From Nymphaea colorata (Eukaryota), in NCBI RefSeq assembly GCF_008831285.2, contig NC_045138.2, positions 11,284,001-11,348,000 of the forward strand: DNA of 64,000 nucleotides. Reading direction: 5' to 3'. Both the position numbers and the translations under genes were made by a program. The notes below the pieces were generated by a model. It searched no databases, was not told where the DNA came from, and saw only the letters and a program-made list of their open reading frames with translations. This document shows, in pieces, positions 10,411 to 24,103 of the stretch (its first letter is position 1; every line of letters starts with the position of its first letter).

Positions 10411-12822
10411 TGTCACACCCAAAACTTTTGACCCTCAAACAAATTTTTTTTTAAATATAAAGCATTGAGGTGCGACTATAAAACAATTCAAAAAGAAAGA
10501 GAGCTATGCCATTAGAAACAATGGGGCAAACACAGGCACGTGCACACCATGGGCGGCCTACAGCCAAAAGACAACCCCCGTAGTGGCCCATAACAATATG
10601 GATCCATTCCCGTTGCAGTGGTAGAGCACTCATTCATGGGTGTGTGAATTCCAAAGAGAGATACTCAGCCTTTCCTAGGACACCCAGGTTGGAAAGGCGG
10701 GAGCCCAACCCTCCAAGCACACCACACAACAGTACCCTGGGGCTTTGCACCGCCTGTGCTCCGAACAGGCGAGGCCAGTGGTGAAGGCGGGACAACTCCC
10801 AAACACATAGCCACATCCCACTGGCCTCTCATCTTTTATTCTTTCATTATTATCATTATAATTACACATTCACAAAATGACTGGCTAGCTCATGAGGTTG
10901 GTACACTTCACGAGTGAGGGCCACACATATCATTACATCCTTAGCTAGCCGACAACTACACTCCAATTCATTCATTTGCATCATTGCATGCGGCAATGCA
11001 TATGCAACGAATCACACCATTTACATTCATAGAAACTCACATCCTATCAAACACTTCATTCACATCTTTAAAAACTTGTCTAAATCTTGGAGAGTAGTCT
11101 CGATCCGTGATTGGCTCGTAGCTGTCCTAGGCAGTTATAATTCTAGGATGCTTTCTAATGCACAATTGGGGTTGAGGAGACACTCGACTCGATATCGCAC
11201 CTCATCTGTTTAAAACATTTATCAATTCTAGCATGCACATGCAATGCACAACATTTTCAAAACAAGCTTCTAATAGGTTTTCAAAACAAATCTTATCATA
11301 TATCAAATTATTTGCATGCATGCATACATTCACTGACAAAACAATCATTCAATCACATCACAATCCTAGGAACACACAATCACACGTTGGCCCCCATGGC
11401 CCCAAGCAGGGATTTCCTTGGAATACCGCTATACCTGTCGTGTGTCCACAAAATACTTCAAAATGCCTCGAGTTTCACGTCTAGTTGCTCAAAGTCTACT
11501 GGACGTACCTGGTGTACCTGCAAACATACACAAGTGGTAAATGACTAAATTCTCTACTGGTTTAGCTCCACAATCAAAACAAATAAAAACAAAATCATTA
11601 AGGCATGCCATTGCCTCAAGAAGGTGTCGACGGGTAACATTGACCTACAAAGCCCTCAAAAAGGACTCTTCCCAACTCTTTGAGGTTGTGACCAAACATC
11701 TTAACTCAAAGCTTCGATCAAACTATCACTAACACATTCTCAATTGCTTTCATTAGTTGAAGCGTCTTCCCAATAGTACACCCAACTTACATATTCTTCT
11801 CCATCAACACAGCAAAACACCCATTGACAATAGCATGGGACACATGCTCACTAAAACGATTCTAAATCTTCTCACCCACATCAAAATCTCTACCATGTTT
11901 CCAAATAGCTTTGAAAATCAACACATCATGCTAGAAAAACACTTATACATGTAGATCCTCGTCTTCTCAACATAGTTATAAACTTCCCCCAAAAAGCAAA
12001 GTTGCTAACATGCATCCCAAATCATCAATTCTAAATTCTAGCATGCTCAAACAATAATTATACGTGTTCCAACAACAAAAATTCAACAATTCAAGCTCGA
12101 TTAGGTCTTGCTCACCCCAATCTTAGTGTCCAAACTGTCGCAATGTTCTTGGCAGCCACCTCAAGCGTTCGATCAAGTGCCAATGCCCAAAATTGATCGC
12201 TACCTCCACCACTAACACCTTCACTTCACTGATATGAGGGAAAGATGTGTCCCCAAGCTGTGATTCCAAACCCAATGACAATAAGTAGAAGAAAAAAAAT
12301 AGCAGAGAGTTAAAAAGGAGGGTCTGCCGAGAGAAGAAGACATTCAATGGTGAGATGGATCGTTCGGTTGAGGGTGCTGACAGTGAGGAGAGAGTGCAGG
12401 TAGAGAGAGCAAGAGAGTGTGAGTGGCAGAGTAAGAGGGATAGCATGGGCGAGGGAAATGGGGGAGATGGTGCGGAGGAGATAGATGAGACGAGAAGGGA
12501 GCTCGAGCAGAGAGGGAGAGAAAGAAAACGTGCGGGCAGAGGGTGCTAACGGAGAGAGGAGAGGCTGCGTAGGAGGGAGGAGGCGGAGAGAAATCGGAAG
12601 CCTCACCTGAGCGCTGCCCATCGCCGTTCTCGTTGCCGCCCTGCACCAACCTCCGCCTCTGGTTGCTCTCTGTCATGCGAACCAGCGAGAGACAAAGGAG
12701 AAGGAGACGTTGAGGAAGGCGAGGGAGAAGAGTTCCCTCGCGTGACGGGCTCCCCTATCACGTTTGGAGCTCGGGTCCAGATCTGGACCTGATCCCGACC
12801 TGCCCAAATAAGTAACGTTACA
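10411..12822 (-). repeat. 3' LTR of a Tekay/Del gypsy element (2412 bp, with internal ~520-bp deletion)
   Basis: Element-strand TGTAACG...GTGTGACA, preceded by PPT TAAGGAGGGTAGGA at 12823-12836. Homologous to the LTRs at 21177-24103 and 27195-30184. Confidence 0.88.
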
Positions 12823-14708
12823 TCCTACCCTCCTTAAATAAAATTTTGTCTTCGAAATTTAGATTATACCTCAATGCAAGAATAAGTGTGAATATTTATT
12901 TCGCATATCTTCCTCGAGTTCCCATGTGCTTTCCTTCAACCCATGGTGTTGCTATTCCACTCTCACTAAAGGAATCCTCTTCGTGCGAAACACTTGTTCT
13001 CTTTGATCTATAATTCTAATAGGTTTTTCTTCCATTGTCAAATCATCTTGCACTTGAATACCTTGAAAGTCAATCACATGCGTAGGATCTGGTACGTACT
13101 TTCGAAGCATGGAAACATGGAAAACATCATGAACATGACTCAAATTAGGTGGTAGTGCCAATCTGTACGCCACCTCTCTGATCTTCTCTAATATCTCGAA
13201 CGGGCGAATGAACCTTAGACTCAACTTTCCCTTAACACCAAATCAAAAAACGCCTTTAGTAGGTGAAATCTTCAAGAACACATGGTCACCAACCTCAAAA
13301 GCCAACTCTCTACGTCGAATGTCAGCATAGCTTTTCTGTCTACTCTGAGCAGTCAACAACTTTTTCCTTATCAATAGTACTTGGTCAGTATAGTGTTGCA
13401 ATACTAAAGGGTTCTCGATCTTGCCATCACTCAATTCGGTCCAACAAGCTGGCGATCTGCATGGCTTCCCATGCAAGGCCTAAAAAGGTGCCATCTCAAT
13501 ACTGGAGTGGTAACTGTTATTATATGCAAATTATGTCAATTTCACATGTTTATCATATTCTCCTTTCTAGTAAAAAACACAAGCACGCAACATGTCCTCT
13601 AAGGTCTCCTCTCAGATTGCCCATCAGTTTGGGGGTGGAACGTTGTGATCAGCTTAAGCTTAGTACCCAATGCCTTTTGTAATTGCTCTCAAAACCTAAA
13701 GGTAAAACGTGGATCTCGGTCCGCAATAATAGACTTTGGCACTCCATGCAATCTCACTATTTCGCCAATATATAACTCTGCGAGACTTTCCAAAGATTGA
13801 TTGATCCTGATTGGCAAAAAATGAGCAGACTTCGTAAGTCGATCAACAATTACCCATATGGCATCATGTTGTCTTCTGGTGTGAGGCAAACCAACCACAA
13901 AATCCATCGTAATGTCCTCCCATTTTCATAGTGGGATATCAATTCATTGCAACAAGCCTCCTAGCCATTGATGCTCTGCTTTGACCCGCTAGAAAACTAA
14001 GCACTTTGCTATATATTTTGCAATTTCACGCTTCATTTCAGGCCACAAAAAATTTATTTTCATATCCTAAAACAACTTTGTACTGCCAAGGTGTATAGAG
14101 AACTTAGATTTATGAGCTTCATCAAGCAACTGACGCTTTACCCCTTCATCTCTAGGGACCCACAATTTTTGTCGAAACTACAATGAACCATATTCATCTT
14201 GATGCCAAAGAGAATCTACCTTCTTACTTTCTTCCATGTTCTTAGCAAAATCGGGATCTTTCTTTTGCTTCAATTTAAGCACCTCCAATAGAGGATGTCC
14301 TATCAAGGCCGTCATTGTTGCTTTGTTCTCACCACAAAGGTAAGGCTACCATGCTATCACATCTTGCAACAATGTCCAAGAACGAGTCATCATACTGCAC
14401 AACGTTGTTTTAGCCTGTTTGCTCAAAGCATCAGCCACCACATTTGCCTTGCCTGGATGATATGATATTGTGAAATCATAATCCATTAAGTATTCAATCC
14501 ATCTTCTTTGCCTCAAGTTGAGATCCTTTTGAAAGAATATGTACTTTAATGACTTGTGGTCTGTAAACACATCAAAAATTACACTATAGAGATAATGTCT
14601 CCACATCTTCAATGCGAACACAATCGCTCCCAACTCCAAAACATGAGTGAGATAGTGTTTTTCATAGTCCTTCAATTGTTTTGATGCATAAGCCACTACA
14701 CGACCATG
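12823..14708 (-). mobile_element. Tekay/Del chromovirus pol 3' part (RNase H, integrase, chromodomain), degenerate
   Basis: ORFs [70 protein letters not shown], and YRLALPP..HDVFHVSMLRKY..IIDQREQVFRTKRIPLV. Multiple stops and frameshifts. Confidence 0.92.
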
Positions 14709-14709
14709 T

Positions 14710-15298
14710 CAGTATGGATCCATTCTGCTGCCGCGGTAGAACACTCATTCATGGGTGTGTGAATTCCCAGGAGAGATACTCAGCCTTTCCTAGGACACCC
14801 AGGTTGGAAAAGCGGGAGCCCAACGCTCCAAGCACATCACACAACAGTACCCTGGGGTCTTGCACCGCCTGCGCTCCAAACAGGCGAGACCAGTGGTGAA
14901 GGCGGGACAACTCCCAAACACATAGCCACATCCCACTGGCCTCTCATCTCTTATTCCTTCATTATTATCATTATAATTGCACATTCACAAAATGACTGGC
15001 TAGCTCATGAGGTTGGTACACTTCACGAGTGAGGGCACACATATCATTACATCCTTAGCTAGCCGACAACTATACTCCAATTCATTCATTTGCATCATTG
15101 CACGCGGCAATGCATATGCAACGAATCACAACATTTACATTCATAGAAACTCACATCCTATCAAACACTTCATTCACATCTTTAAAAACTTAGACAAATC
15201 CTGGAGAGTAGTCTCGATCCGTGATAGGATCGTAGCTGTTCTAGGTAGTTATCATTCTAGGATATTTTCTAATACACAATTGGGGTCTATGAGACACT
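14710..15298 (-). repeat. Fragment of Tekay LTR, near-identical to 10594-11184 (probable remnant of the same element's 5' LTR)
   Basis: Colinear, high-identity match; ORF-track entries 14749/14790/15007 mirror 10634/10675/10914. Confidence 0.85.
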
Positions 15299-18200
15299 TG
15301 TAAGAAATTCAAGCACCAATATCTGAGTTCTGAAATCAACATTCACGAAGAAATATAGAGAGAGAAAGAGTGAACAAGAAGAAGATGAGGAGAAGAAGCC
15401 ATGACCAAAGTGGTTTGCACGGCCTCTATTTATAATCCCATTTCCAGAATTCTAAGAGTCTCCAATCGTAGAATCCTAGGAGATTTCACAAGCTACAAGG
15501 ACATTAATTACATGATAGAATCCTATGAGATTTCATAGGCTACAAGAATATTAATTACATTATAGAATCCTAGGAGACTTCATATATTACAAGGATAATA
15601 ACTACAACATAGAATCCTAAGAGACTTCACATATTACAGAGATATTAACTACAACATAGAATCCTAGGAGACTCTTCACATGTTACAAGAACATTAAATA
15701 CCTTAACACATTTTACAAAGATGTGGAACCCTAAGGGACTCCTCTTCAATGTGATGGTGAAGGATTTATAGTTTAACACCCTCCCTTAAATTGTGCATGG
15801 TTTTGCACCATGTACAACTTGCCTTTGAGAAACCAGAATCGTTGCTTCATTAATCCTTTTATAAATAAGTCTGCAATTTGTTCATCTGTACGAACATAAA
15901 TAGTCTGAATCTCCTTGTCTTCCACCTTTTGTCTAACAAACTGTTGATCAATCTGAATGTGCTTTGTTCGACCATGTTGTATGAGATTAAAGGCAATGTT
16001 AATAGTGGTTTGATTATCGCACATTAACATTGACGTTTTAAGCTTTTCTCCAATGTCTTCTAGCAAATGTCTAACCCATGTAACTTCAGTAGCACTTGCA
16101 ACCATGCACCTGTATTCAGCTTCCGTGTTGGATCTTGCTACTGCCTTTTGCTTTCGACAACTCCAAGACACAAGATTATGTCCAATGAAAATAAAAAACC
16201 AGAAATGGACTTTCTCTGATCGGGATCTCCAGCCCAATCTGCATCTGTGAATGTCATAAGTTGATGTCCAACAGTTATATTTTCACTCTTACCATAAACT
16301 AAGTCATCTTCTACTGTCCGTTTAAGATATCTTAATATTTTTTTGACAGCATCCATGTGAGTATCTCTAGGTGCATGCATAAATTGAGATACTTGATTCT
16401 ATAATATCTGGTCTAGTAAATGTAAGATATTGAAGTGCCCTAACAATACTTTGATATTGCGTAGGATCTTCATATAACTCCTCATCCTGAGCACTTAGTC
16501 TTTGATTTTGAACACTAGGAATTCCAACAGGCTTACAATCAGACATACCTGATTGTTCAGCAGATCCAACGTATATTTCTGTTGTGTCAATGTGAGGCGA
16601 TTATTGTGCCTATCAATCTCCACTCCAAGAAAGAATCATAAATCACCAAGCTCTTTCATTTTGAAGTTTTGCATCATCAAAACTTTAACTTCTTCTATGC
16701 GTTTTTTTGAATTGCCTGTGATAACAATATCATCAACATATATAAGAAGTAAAGTAAATATGTTTTCCTTTCGATAAATGAAAAGAGAGTGATCTAGAGG
16801 ACATCTCCGAAAACCACATTCTTGAATCTTGTATGAGAAACTGTCAAACCATGAGCATGAGGCCTGTTTAAGTCCATAAATAGATTTTCTTAGTTTACAG
16901 ACCCATGCATGAGAGTCTCCTTTCGTATATCCTGGAGGTTGTTCCATATATACTTCCTCCCTCAAATCACTATGAAGAAAAGCATTCTTCACGTCCATTT
17001 AATGTAGTCTCCATCCATATTCAACTGTCAATGATATAATCACGCGAATTGTTTCCATTTTGATCACAAGGCTGAATGTCTCATCATAATCTTCTCTGTA
17101 TTGTTGTGTAAACTCTTTTGCTACTAACCTTGCTTTGTGACTTTCTATGCTGCCATCAGGTTTGTATTTGATTTTGTATACCCATTTGGAGCTCACTATG
17201 TTCTTTTCGTGTGGCCTTGGAACGATCTCCCATGTTTCACACTTATGCAAGGCATCCATTTCTTCTTTCATAGTCTTTCTCCAATGATGTGATTTTGATG
17301 CTTGATCAAATGAAGTAGGTTCTTCCTCCTTGCCAACTTTTGCCATGAATAACTGAAAATCAAGTGATAAAGAATCATAGCTAACCCACCTGTGAATGGG
17401 ATGATGAATGCGTTGGGATCTTTTAAGGTGGGGCATGTTGTCTTCTTCATTGTGAGCATCTCTATCCCTTAGTCGTCGACTGTAGATAAGACCCGAATAC
17501 CGATGTGAATCGTTGCTCTGTTCTTCATTATTGCTTTCGTGATGACTGTGTTGGATCTTCGTGATTTTCACTTTGAGCCATATCTGACGGTTGTATTGCT
17601 CTCTTTGGATCTTCACCTTGAGATACATTATTTTCTATAACAGGATCTGCATTGAATAACTATGTACTGGTCCAGGGATCATAAGATTCAATGGTCATAG
17701 GCATTTCATTTGTATTCATCAAAAATGACATTTCTTGAAGTTTTGATACGTTTAGTTGTTGGATCATAGCATCGAAAACCTCTATATTCATCAGCATATC
17801 CAATGAATCTACATTGAATAGCTTTGTCTTGAAACTTGTTCCTCAAGGCAGCATCAACATGAACATAGCATGCACAACCAAAAACCTTCAAGTTCATGTA
17901 ATCAGGTTGTTTGCCTAAGAGTGTAAAATATGGTGATTTAGACATCAAGAGTGTCATAGGCAAACAATTTATTATGTATACAGCAGTATGGAAGGCTTCA
18001 GTACACAAGGAAATGGGCACATTAGTATCATGCATCATGCTCATGGCGCTTTCAACTATATGTCGATGTTTCTGCTCAACTACACCATTTTGTTGTAGTG
18101 TGTAAGGGCAAGACATTTGTCTAGTTATCTCCTTTTCACATAGAAATTCAATAAAATCAAGCGATGAATATTCTCCCCCTCCATCACATTGAAAATGCAC

Positions 18201-20575
18201 CACATTGGATGAAAATTTGGTTTGAATCATGACATAGAAGTTTCGAAATATGTGAGGTACTTCTGATTTGTGTTTCATGAAGTAAATCTAGGTGAAACGT
18301 GAGTAAGAGTCAATGAATAAGACATAATATCTTGTTCCAGACATTGAATCAATGGGGGCTGGGCCCCATACATCAGAAAAAATAGTTTCAAAAGGTTTGG
18401 AAGCCCTTTGATTTATATTATGGAAAACTAAAACATGACTCTTACAAAGTCCACAACTTGAACATTTTTTGACACTTGAAGTAAGAGGTAAGCTTGATCT
18501 TGGAATGAGGCTATCTGTGATAAGTTTTTCAACAAAATGTCGACCATAGTATCCCAGCCGACTATGTCACAGATCAGACTCTAAAAATTGGTTTGGGCCC
18601 TTACTTTTGATTGAAAATGGCAAGAACTTGGCACTGATGACACATTATGAGAAAGAGAAAATGTCTTGAATCCTATATAAAAAGTGGATGAATCCTTGGG
18701 TAGATATTCCTTGAGGACATACATATTCCCTTGACGCTCCCTTCTAGCGAACATTTTCTTCGTTTGGAGGTCCTTGACATAGATAAAAGAAGGTGTGAAT
18801 TCAACAGAAGAGCTTGTATCATCAATGAGTTTATAAATGGATATGATGTTCTTTTTTATATTGGGAGCAAGAACAACATTAGACAGTGATAGAGACAAGG
18901 ATGACAATAGAATATGTGCATTTCCAATATGTGTAATGGGATGGGATTTTCCATCACCTGTTATAATGCAACTTCTACTGTAATGAAGGGATAAGTGAGT
19001 CAATTTACCTGCATTTCCTGTCACATGGGTAGCTGCACCTGAAGCCAAGAACCATTCTCCTGCTCATTTTGCTTTATAGTCATCTTTGAGAATGCGGTCA
19101 TCAATAGCTGTTGCATATCAAGAACCATTCTCCTGCTCATTTTGCTTTATAGTCATCTTTGAGAATGCGGTCATCAATAGCTGTTGCATATCTTCGACAT
19201 TGGATTTAGAACTTTGTCCTCCTTGTTTATAATCATGTCTTACCCTTTTGTTTTTATTTTGAGGATTAAACCAGCAGTGTGCCTTCATGTGCCCTTTCTT
19301 GTTGCACTGAAAACAAATTGGTATTTTTCTTGAAGTATCCAAAGGAGACATACCTTGGTTATGTGGTGTTGGTAGAATGCCACGACCACCATGATTGGAG
19401 TTCCCATGGCTCTTACTAAACTTTACATTCATGGCCAACACATTTTGAAAGTTCCCTTGATCAGTCCTTTCAATGACTCTTTTCATATTCATTTCGTGTT
19501 GGAGAAGTTTACCTTGTAATTCGTTGAAGGAAGGCAGAACAGGAAGGACCTCAAGAGCTGTAATAAAAGCATGATAATCATGCCCAAGTCCATTCAAGGT
19601 TTGCTGCACATTCTCCTTATCAGAAGTGTTATTCCCTAAGGCAGCAAGTTGGTTTGCGACGGTCTTAATACACCCCAAATAATCCATGATAGACGTTGAA
19701 CCTTTGCTCAAATTGTGAAATTCTTTCTTTTAAGTACATAATTTGAGCTTCTGATATTTGGAAAAATGTATCAGCAAGGGTTTCCCATAATTCTTCTGCA
19801 GTACAGTCATCAGAAACTAAAAGTAACACTTGTTGAGATAGAGTAGACAAAATATACGCAACCAGACTTTGGTCACGTCTCATCCATACAGCATGTTCAA
19901 GGTTGCTGTCTTCATGTATTCATGAACAACAATAACTTCTCCTGCTTCATTTTTTATTTCCTGCAAACGGGATATTGGTGGAGCCTTTGTTGAACCATCG
20001 AGATGTCCAAAGAGGCCTTGACTTCTTATGAAAGGCATGATTTGCCTTTTCTAGATCAGATAATTCTCATGGTTGAGTTTTTCAGTAATAAGGTGAGGAA
20101 GAAAACTTGAGGACATGCCAAAATGCGAAAGGTTTTCCATAACAGCAGAAAGGAAGGGTATACAGGTAGAAGATGAGAGGTAAAGAAGACACGATATAGC
20201 AAGATGTATCCTTTGGCAAACAAGAAGAAAATGAACAAAAAGTACGCTAGAGAAAAGTAAATTCAGGATAGAAACAAGATGAGAAAAGAGTTCTAACCAG
20301 ATCATACCGGTTTGGACATTTTGCTAGGTAGAGATAACGTAACCTGGCGCTCTGATACCATGTAAGAAATTCAAGCACCAATATCTGAGTTCTGAAATCA
20401 GCACTCACGCAGGAATATATAGAGAGAAAGAGTGAACAAGAAGAAGATGAGGAGAAGAAGCCATGACCAAAGTGGTTTGCATGACCTCTATTTATAATCT
20501 CATTTCCAGAATTCTAAGGGTCTCCAATTGTAGAATCCTAGGAGATTTCACAAGCTACAAGGACATTAATTACAT
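15299..20575 (-). mobile_element. Ty1/copia element with near-complete degenerate gag-pol, intact 3' LTR and truncated 5' LTR
   Basis: 3' LTR 15299-15778 (TG...CA) with PPT AAGGGAGGG at 15779-15787. RNase H (ARSNTEAEY, HGRTKHI), RT (MDVKNAFL, YVDD), integrase (QCDGGGEY, QNGVVE), protease (ASGAATH) and gag CFQCNKKGHMKAHC. PBS 20348-20360. 5' LTR 20361-~20575 is cut off. Confidence 0.93.
15468..15710. repeat. ~6 tandem copies of a ~40-bp unit (TAGAATCCTAGGAGATTTCACAAGCTACAAGGACATTAATTACA) inside the copia LTR
   Basis: TAGAATCCTA recurs at ~15468, 15515, 15563, 15610 and 15656, with degenerate spacers. Confidence 0.75.
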
Positions 20576-23500
20576 GGGGTCGGGGCCATTTAAAATCTTG
20601 GTACGTAGCAAAATGAGAGTTGAGAGATGGGCTCGGGGTTTGTGTAGTTGTTTCTCTCGGTTAATAATCAAGAGTACCGGGTAGGCATTACTCCTCTGAT
20701 TACCGACCATCGACTGCACTAACAAGGTCAGCGTCTGCAACATGGTCAGCAATATAGTCTGCTGATTCACAGGCGGAGTCTGCCTCGGTGGGGTTCGGGC
20801 ACCCTCACCTAGCTGGGCATACTGGGGCTCTGACGCACTGTCATCCCGAGGAGTATGCGCATCAGAATGGGCCGGACTGGGCTCTCTGTGTGCCTCTGTA
20901 GATGGCCCAGCTCGCTTCTTACCCCTACGTTGATATTCCATCCGTACAAACAAGAAACTTCATTTTCAAATCACGTCTAAAACCAACTCACAGGTCAAAT
21001 CACAACATGCATTAGCGCAAAGTTCAAAACATAGATCACATTACGTATTTGTACGTGAAAAATCAAAACTACAATAACAATCTAATCAAATAAATGCGTA
21101 CCTGGGCAATGCGGCTTCACAGATAGGCTTTAACTCACACCCATAGTGGGGTTTGCCATGGCTCTGACACCAAAACTGTCACACCCCGACCTTTTGACAC
21201 ACAACCATTTTTTTTTTCTAAACATCAAACATCGAGGTGTAACTACACAACAGTTCAAAAGAAATGAGCCAAGCAATTCAAAACAATGAGGCGAACTTTC
21301 ATTTATAGAGCAACATCATTTCATACAAAATCACATCCCTATACATGACAAAAATGCCCCAAAATCCTAACATTGATGCCTAACAAAATAAGACATCAAT
21401 ACAAACGAAGCAAGACACGCCGACACTATACAAACAAAACCCAAAACCTCCCCAGTAGGACGTGAGTGAAGCCATCTGCTCAACCTGCTGCCCGGGGTCC
21501 GCCAAAACCTGAAAAAGAAAACAACTAAAGGCTCAGCCTTCGCAGTATGGAAACAAGCTAGGAAAATACCAAACATTCTCAAGTAAGGCTCAAATAAGAG
21601 AACAAATATCAACCCATCTATCATCATGTCGTGTCAGAGTATGACACGTAAAGGCCACTTGATGGCCACACTAACACAATGTCAATCACATGCGAAGCAT
21701 GCTTAAACATAACACTTGCATTCAGATCATTCACATACACATCAGTCACATGCATTCCATCATATACATCACATTTTCATTAACTTCAATGTATTAACAG
21801 TTCCTGTGGGTGCAAACACAGGCACGTGCACACCGCGGGCGGCCTACAGCAGAGAGACAACCCCCGTGGTGGCCCAGAACAGTATGGATCCATCCATCCG
21901 CTGCAGCGGTAGAGCACTCATCCATGGATGTGTGAGTTCCAAGAAGAGACACTCAGCCTTCCCTAGGACACCCAGGTTGGGAAGGCGGGAGCCTACGCTC
22001 CAAGCACATCACACAACAGAACCCTAGGGCCTTGCACCGCCTGCGCTCCGAACAGGCGAGACCAGTGGCAAAAGCGGGACAACTCCCAAACACAAAGCCA
22101 CATCCCACTGACCTCTCATCTCTTATTCATTCATTCTTATCATTATAGTTATACATTCACAAGATGACTGGCTAGCACATGAGGTTAGTACACTTTACGA
22201 GTGCACCCATACCTCCAATTAAGCTACACATGAGGTCTATACATACAGTAACAGTCATTGCTAGCCGTCATACTATACGGGTACAACTACCCTCCAAAAC
22301 ATCCATTTGCATCATTGCCCATGGCAATGTATATGCAACCACATACACATTCATAACGATCATCTCATCAATCACATCAATCACATCTTTTGAAGACTTA
22401 GCCAAACTATAGAGAGTAGTCTCGATCTGCGGTTGGCTCGTAGCTGTCCTATGCAGTTATCATTCTATGATGCTTTCTAATGCACAATTGGGGTCAAGGA
22501 GACACTCGACTCGATACCCCGCCTCATCTGTCCTAAACAGTTATCAATTCTAGCATGCACATGCAAATGCGTCATTATTTTCAAAACAAACTACTAATAG
22601 CCTTTCAAAACAGTCCATGTTATATATCAAAGCATACATATACTCATTCACGAAACAATCAATCAATTCACATCTCAATCCTAGGATCCCGTGATCCTAG
22701 GAGCACACAGTCACACATTTGCCCAGGCATGGATTTGCCTGGAATGTCGCCATACCTGTGGCGTGCTCATCAAATTCTTCAAAACTCCTCGAGCTTTGAA
22801 CTCAAGGTCGACGGGACGTGCCCGGTGTACTTGCAAACATAAACCAAAGGTAAGATTCCTACTAGATACCTAAACAATTCAAACAAATACAAAAAGAATC
22901 ATTGAGACACGTGTGATCGCCTCAAGAGGGGGGGTCGACGGGTAGTGTCGACCAACAAGCTCTCCATTAGGCCTCCTCCTCACAACTAGACGTTGGCACA
23001 AAATATCAAAACCCACAGCCATCAATCAATCCATCACTAATACCTTCCTCAATAATGTTCTTTAATTAAGACATCAACCCCAAAGTCTCCTCCAAAAACG
23101 TATATTTCCCCACAACCTCACAATCTCTACCATGCTTCCCTAATGCTTCAAAAATTAATCCATCATGCTTAAATGATCATCAAATGTATGAATCTTCGCT
23201 TTCCAACATAATCCTAAGCTTTCCCCCAAAAACAAAATCACTAACATGTGTTCCAAATAATCAATTCTAAGCTCTAGCATGCTCAAACAATAATTATACA
23301 TGCTTTTAAAGATAACATTCAATAATTTGAGCTAGATTAGGTCTAGCTCACCCCAAATCAAAAGTCTAAACTGCTGCAATGCCTTCAACAGCCACCTCAA
23401 GCATCCAATCGATCCCCAACCAACAAAAATCGTGCCCAGCCTCCACCACCAACACACCTAGTCGCTGCTATGAGGAAAATGAACACTTCCCCCAAGCTGA

Positions 23501-24103
23501 AAATCGATCAACAGCGATAAAATTAGTGAAAATGAGTGCTCAGTTGGGGAAAAAGGGAAAATCAGATAGAAAATAGGGAGAGAGTGCTCACGAAGGGACC
23601 GTGTGGGCTGGGAGAGGCGCTGACAGAAAAGGGGAGACAGAGAGAGGAGGGGTTTGGACCAAAAAAGGGAAAACGGCGGTGGGGGTGAGAGAAGAGAGAG
23701 AGCAGGTGGGGGAGTGAGAGTGAGTGAGGAGAGGGATCGTGTGAAGAAGAGGGCACAAGAGAAAAGAGGCAGACGGCCAGAGAGAGTCATTCGGTTGAGA
23801 GGGGAGACAACAGACAGTGGGAGAGGGTGGAGGGAAAAGAAAACGGGAAGAAGAAGAGGAGAGAAGAGAGGAAGAGGCAGGGGACGACAGAGTTCACCTC
23901 AAGCGCCGTCGTCGTCATCGCCGTCGTCGCCTCCTTCTTCTTCCCTGAGTTCCGGTCGTGGGTAAGGAAGAGACGATACGAGGAAAACGGGGGAGAAGAG
24001 AAAGCGAGGGAGGAGAGACGGTGTCAGGCTCCTCGCGCGTGGGGCTAGGGTCCGGGTCTGGACCTTGACCCGACCCGCTCTGCCCAAAATGCCGAGCGTT
24101 ACA
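20576..24103 (-). mobile_element. Tekay/Del element 5' end: 5' LTR 21177-24103, PBS, leader and gag N-terminus (truncated)
   Basis: LTR TGTAACG...GTGTGACA (2927 bp). PBS TGGTGTCAGAGCC at ~21160-21172 (iMet, 1 mismatch). ORF MEYQRRGKKRAGPST... at 20576-20953. Confidence 0.85.

Noticed and set aside
23379..24087. ORFs in GA/CT-rich parts of Tekay LTRs (also 12123-12676, 27317-27973, 35609-36213, 44897-45303)
   Set aside because: Low-complexity purine/pyrimidine tracts lacking stops; no protein-family motifs.
10411..24103. Single full-length Tekay element bounded by LTRs 10411 and 21177
   Set aside because: The LTRs are visibly diverged, the flanks TTCAT vs CATTA are not a TSD, and a closer LTR remnant lies at 14710-15298.
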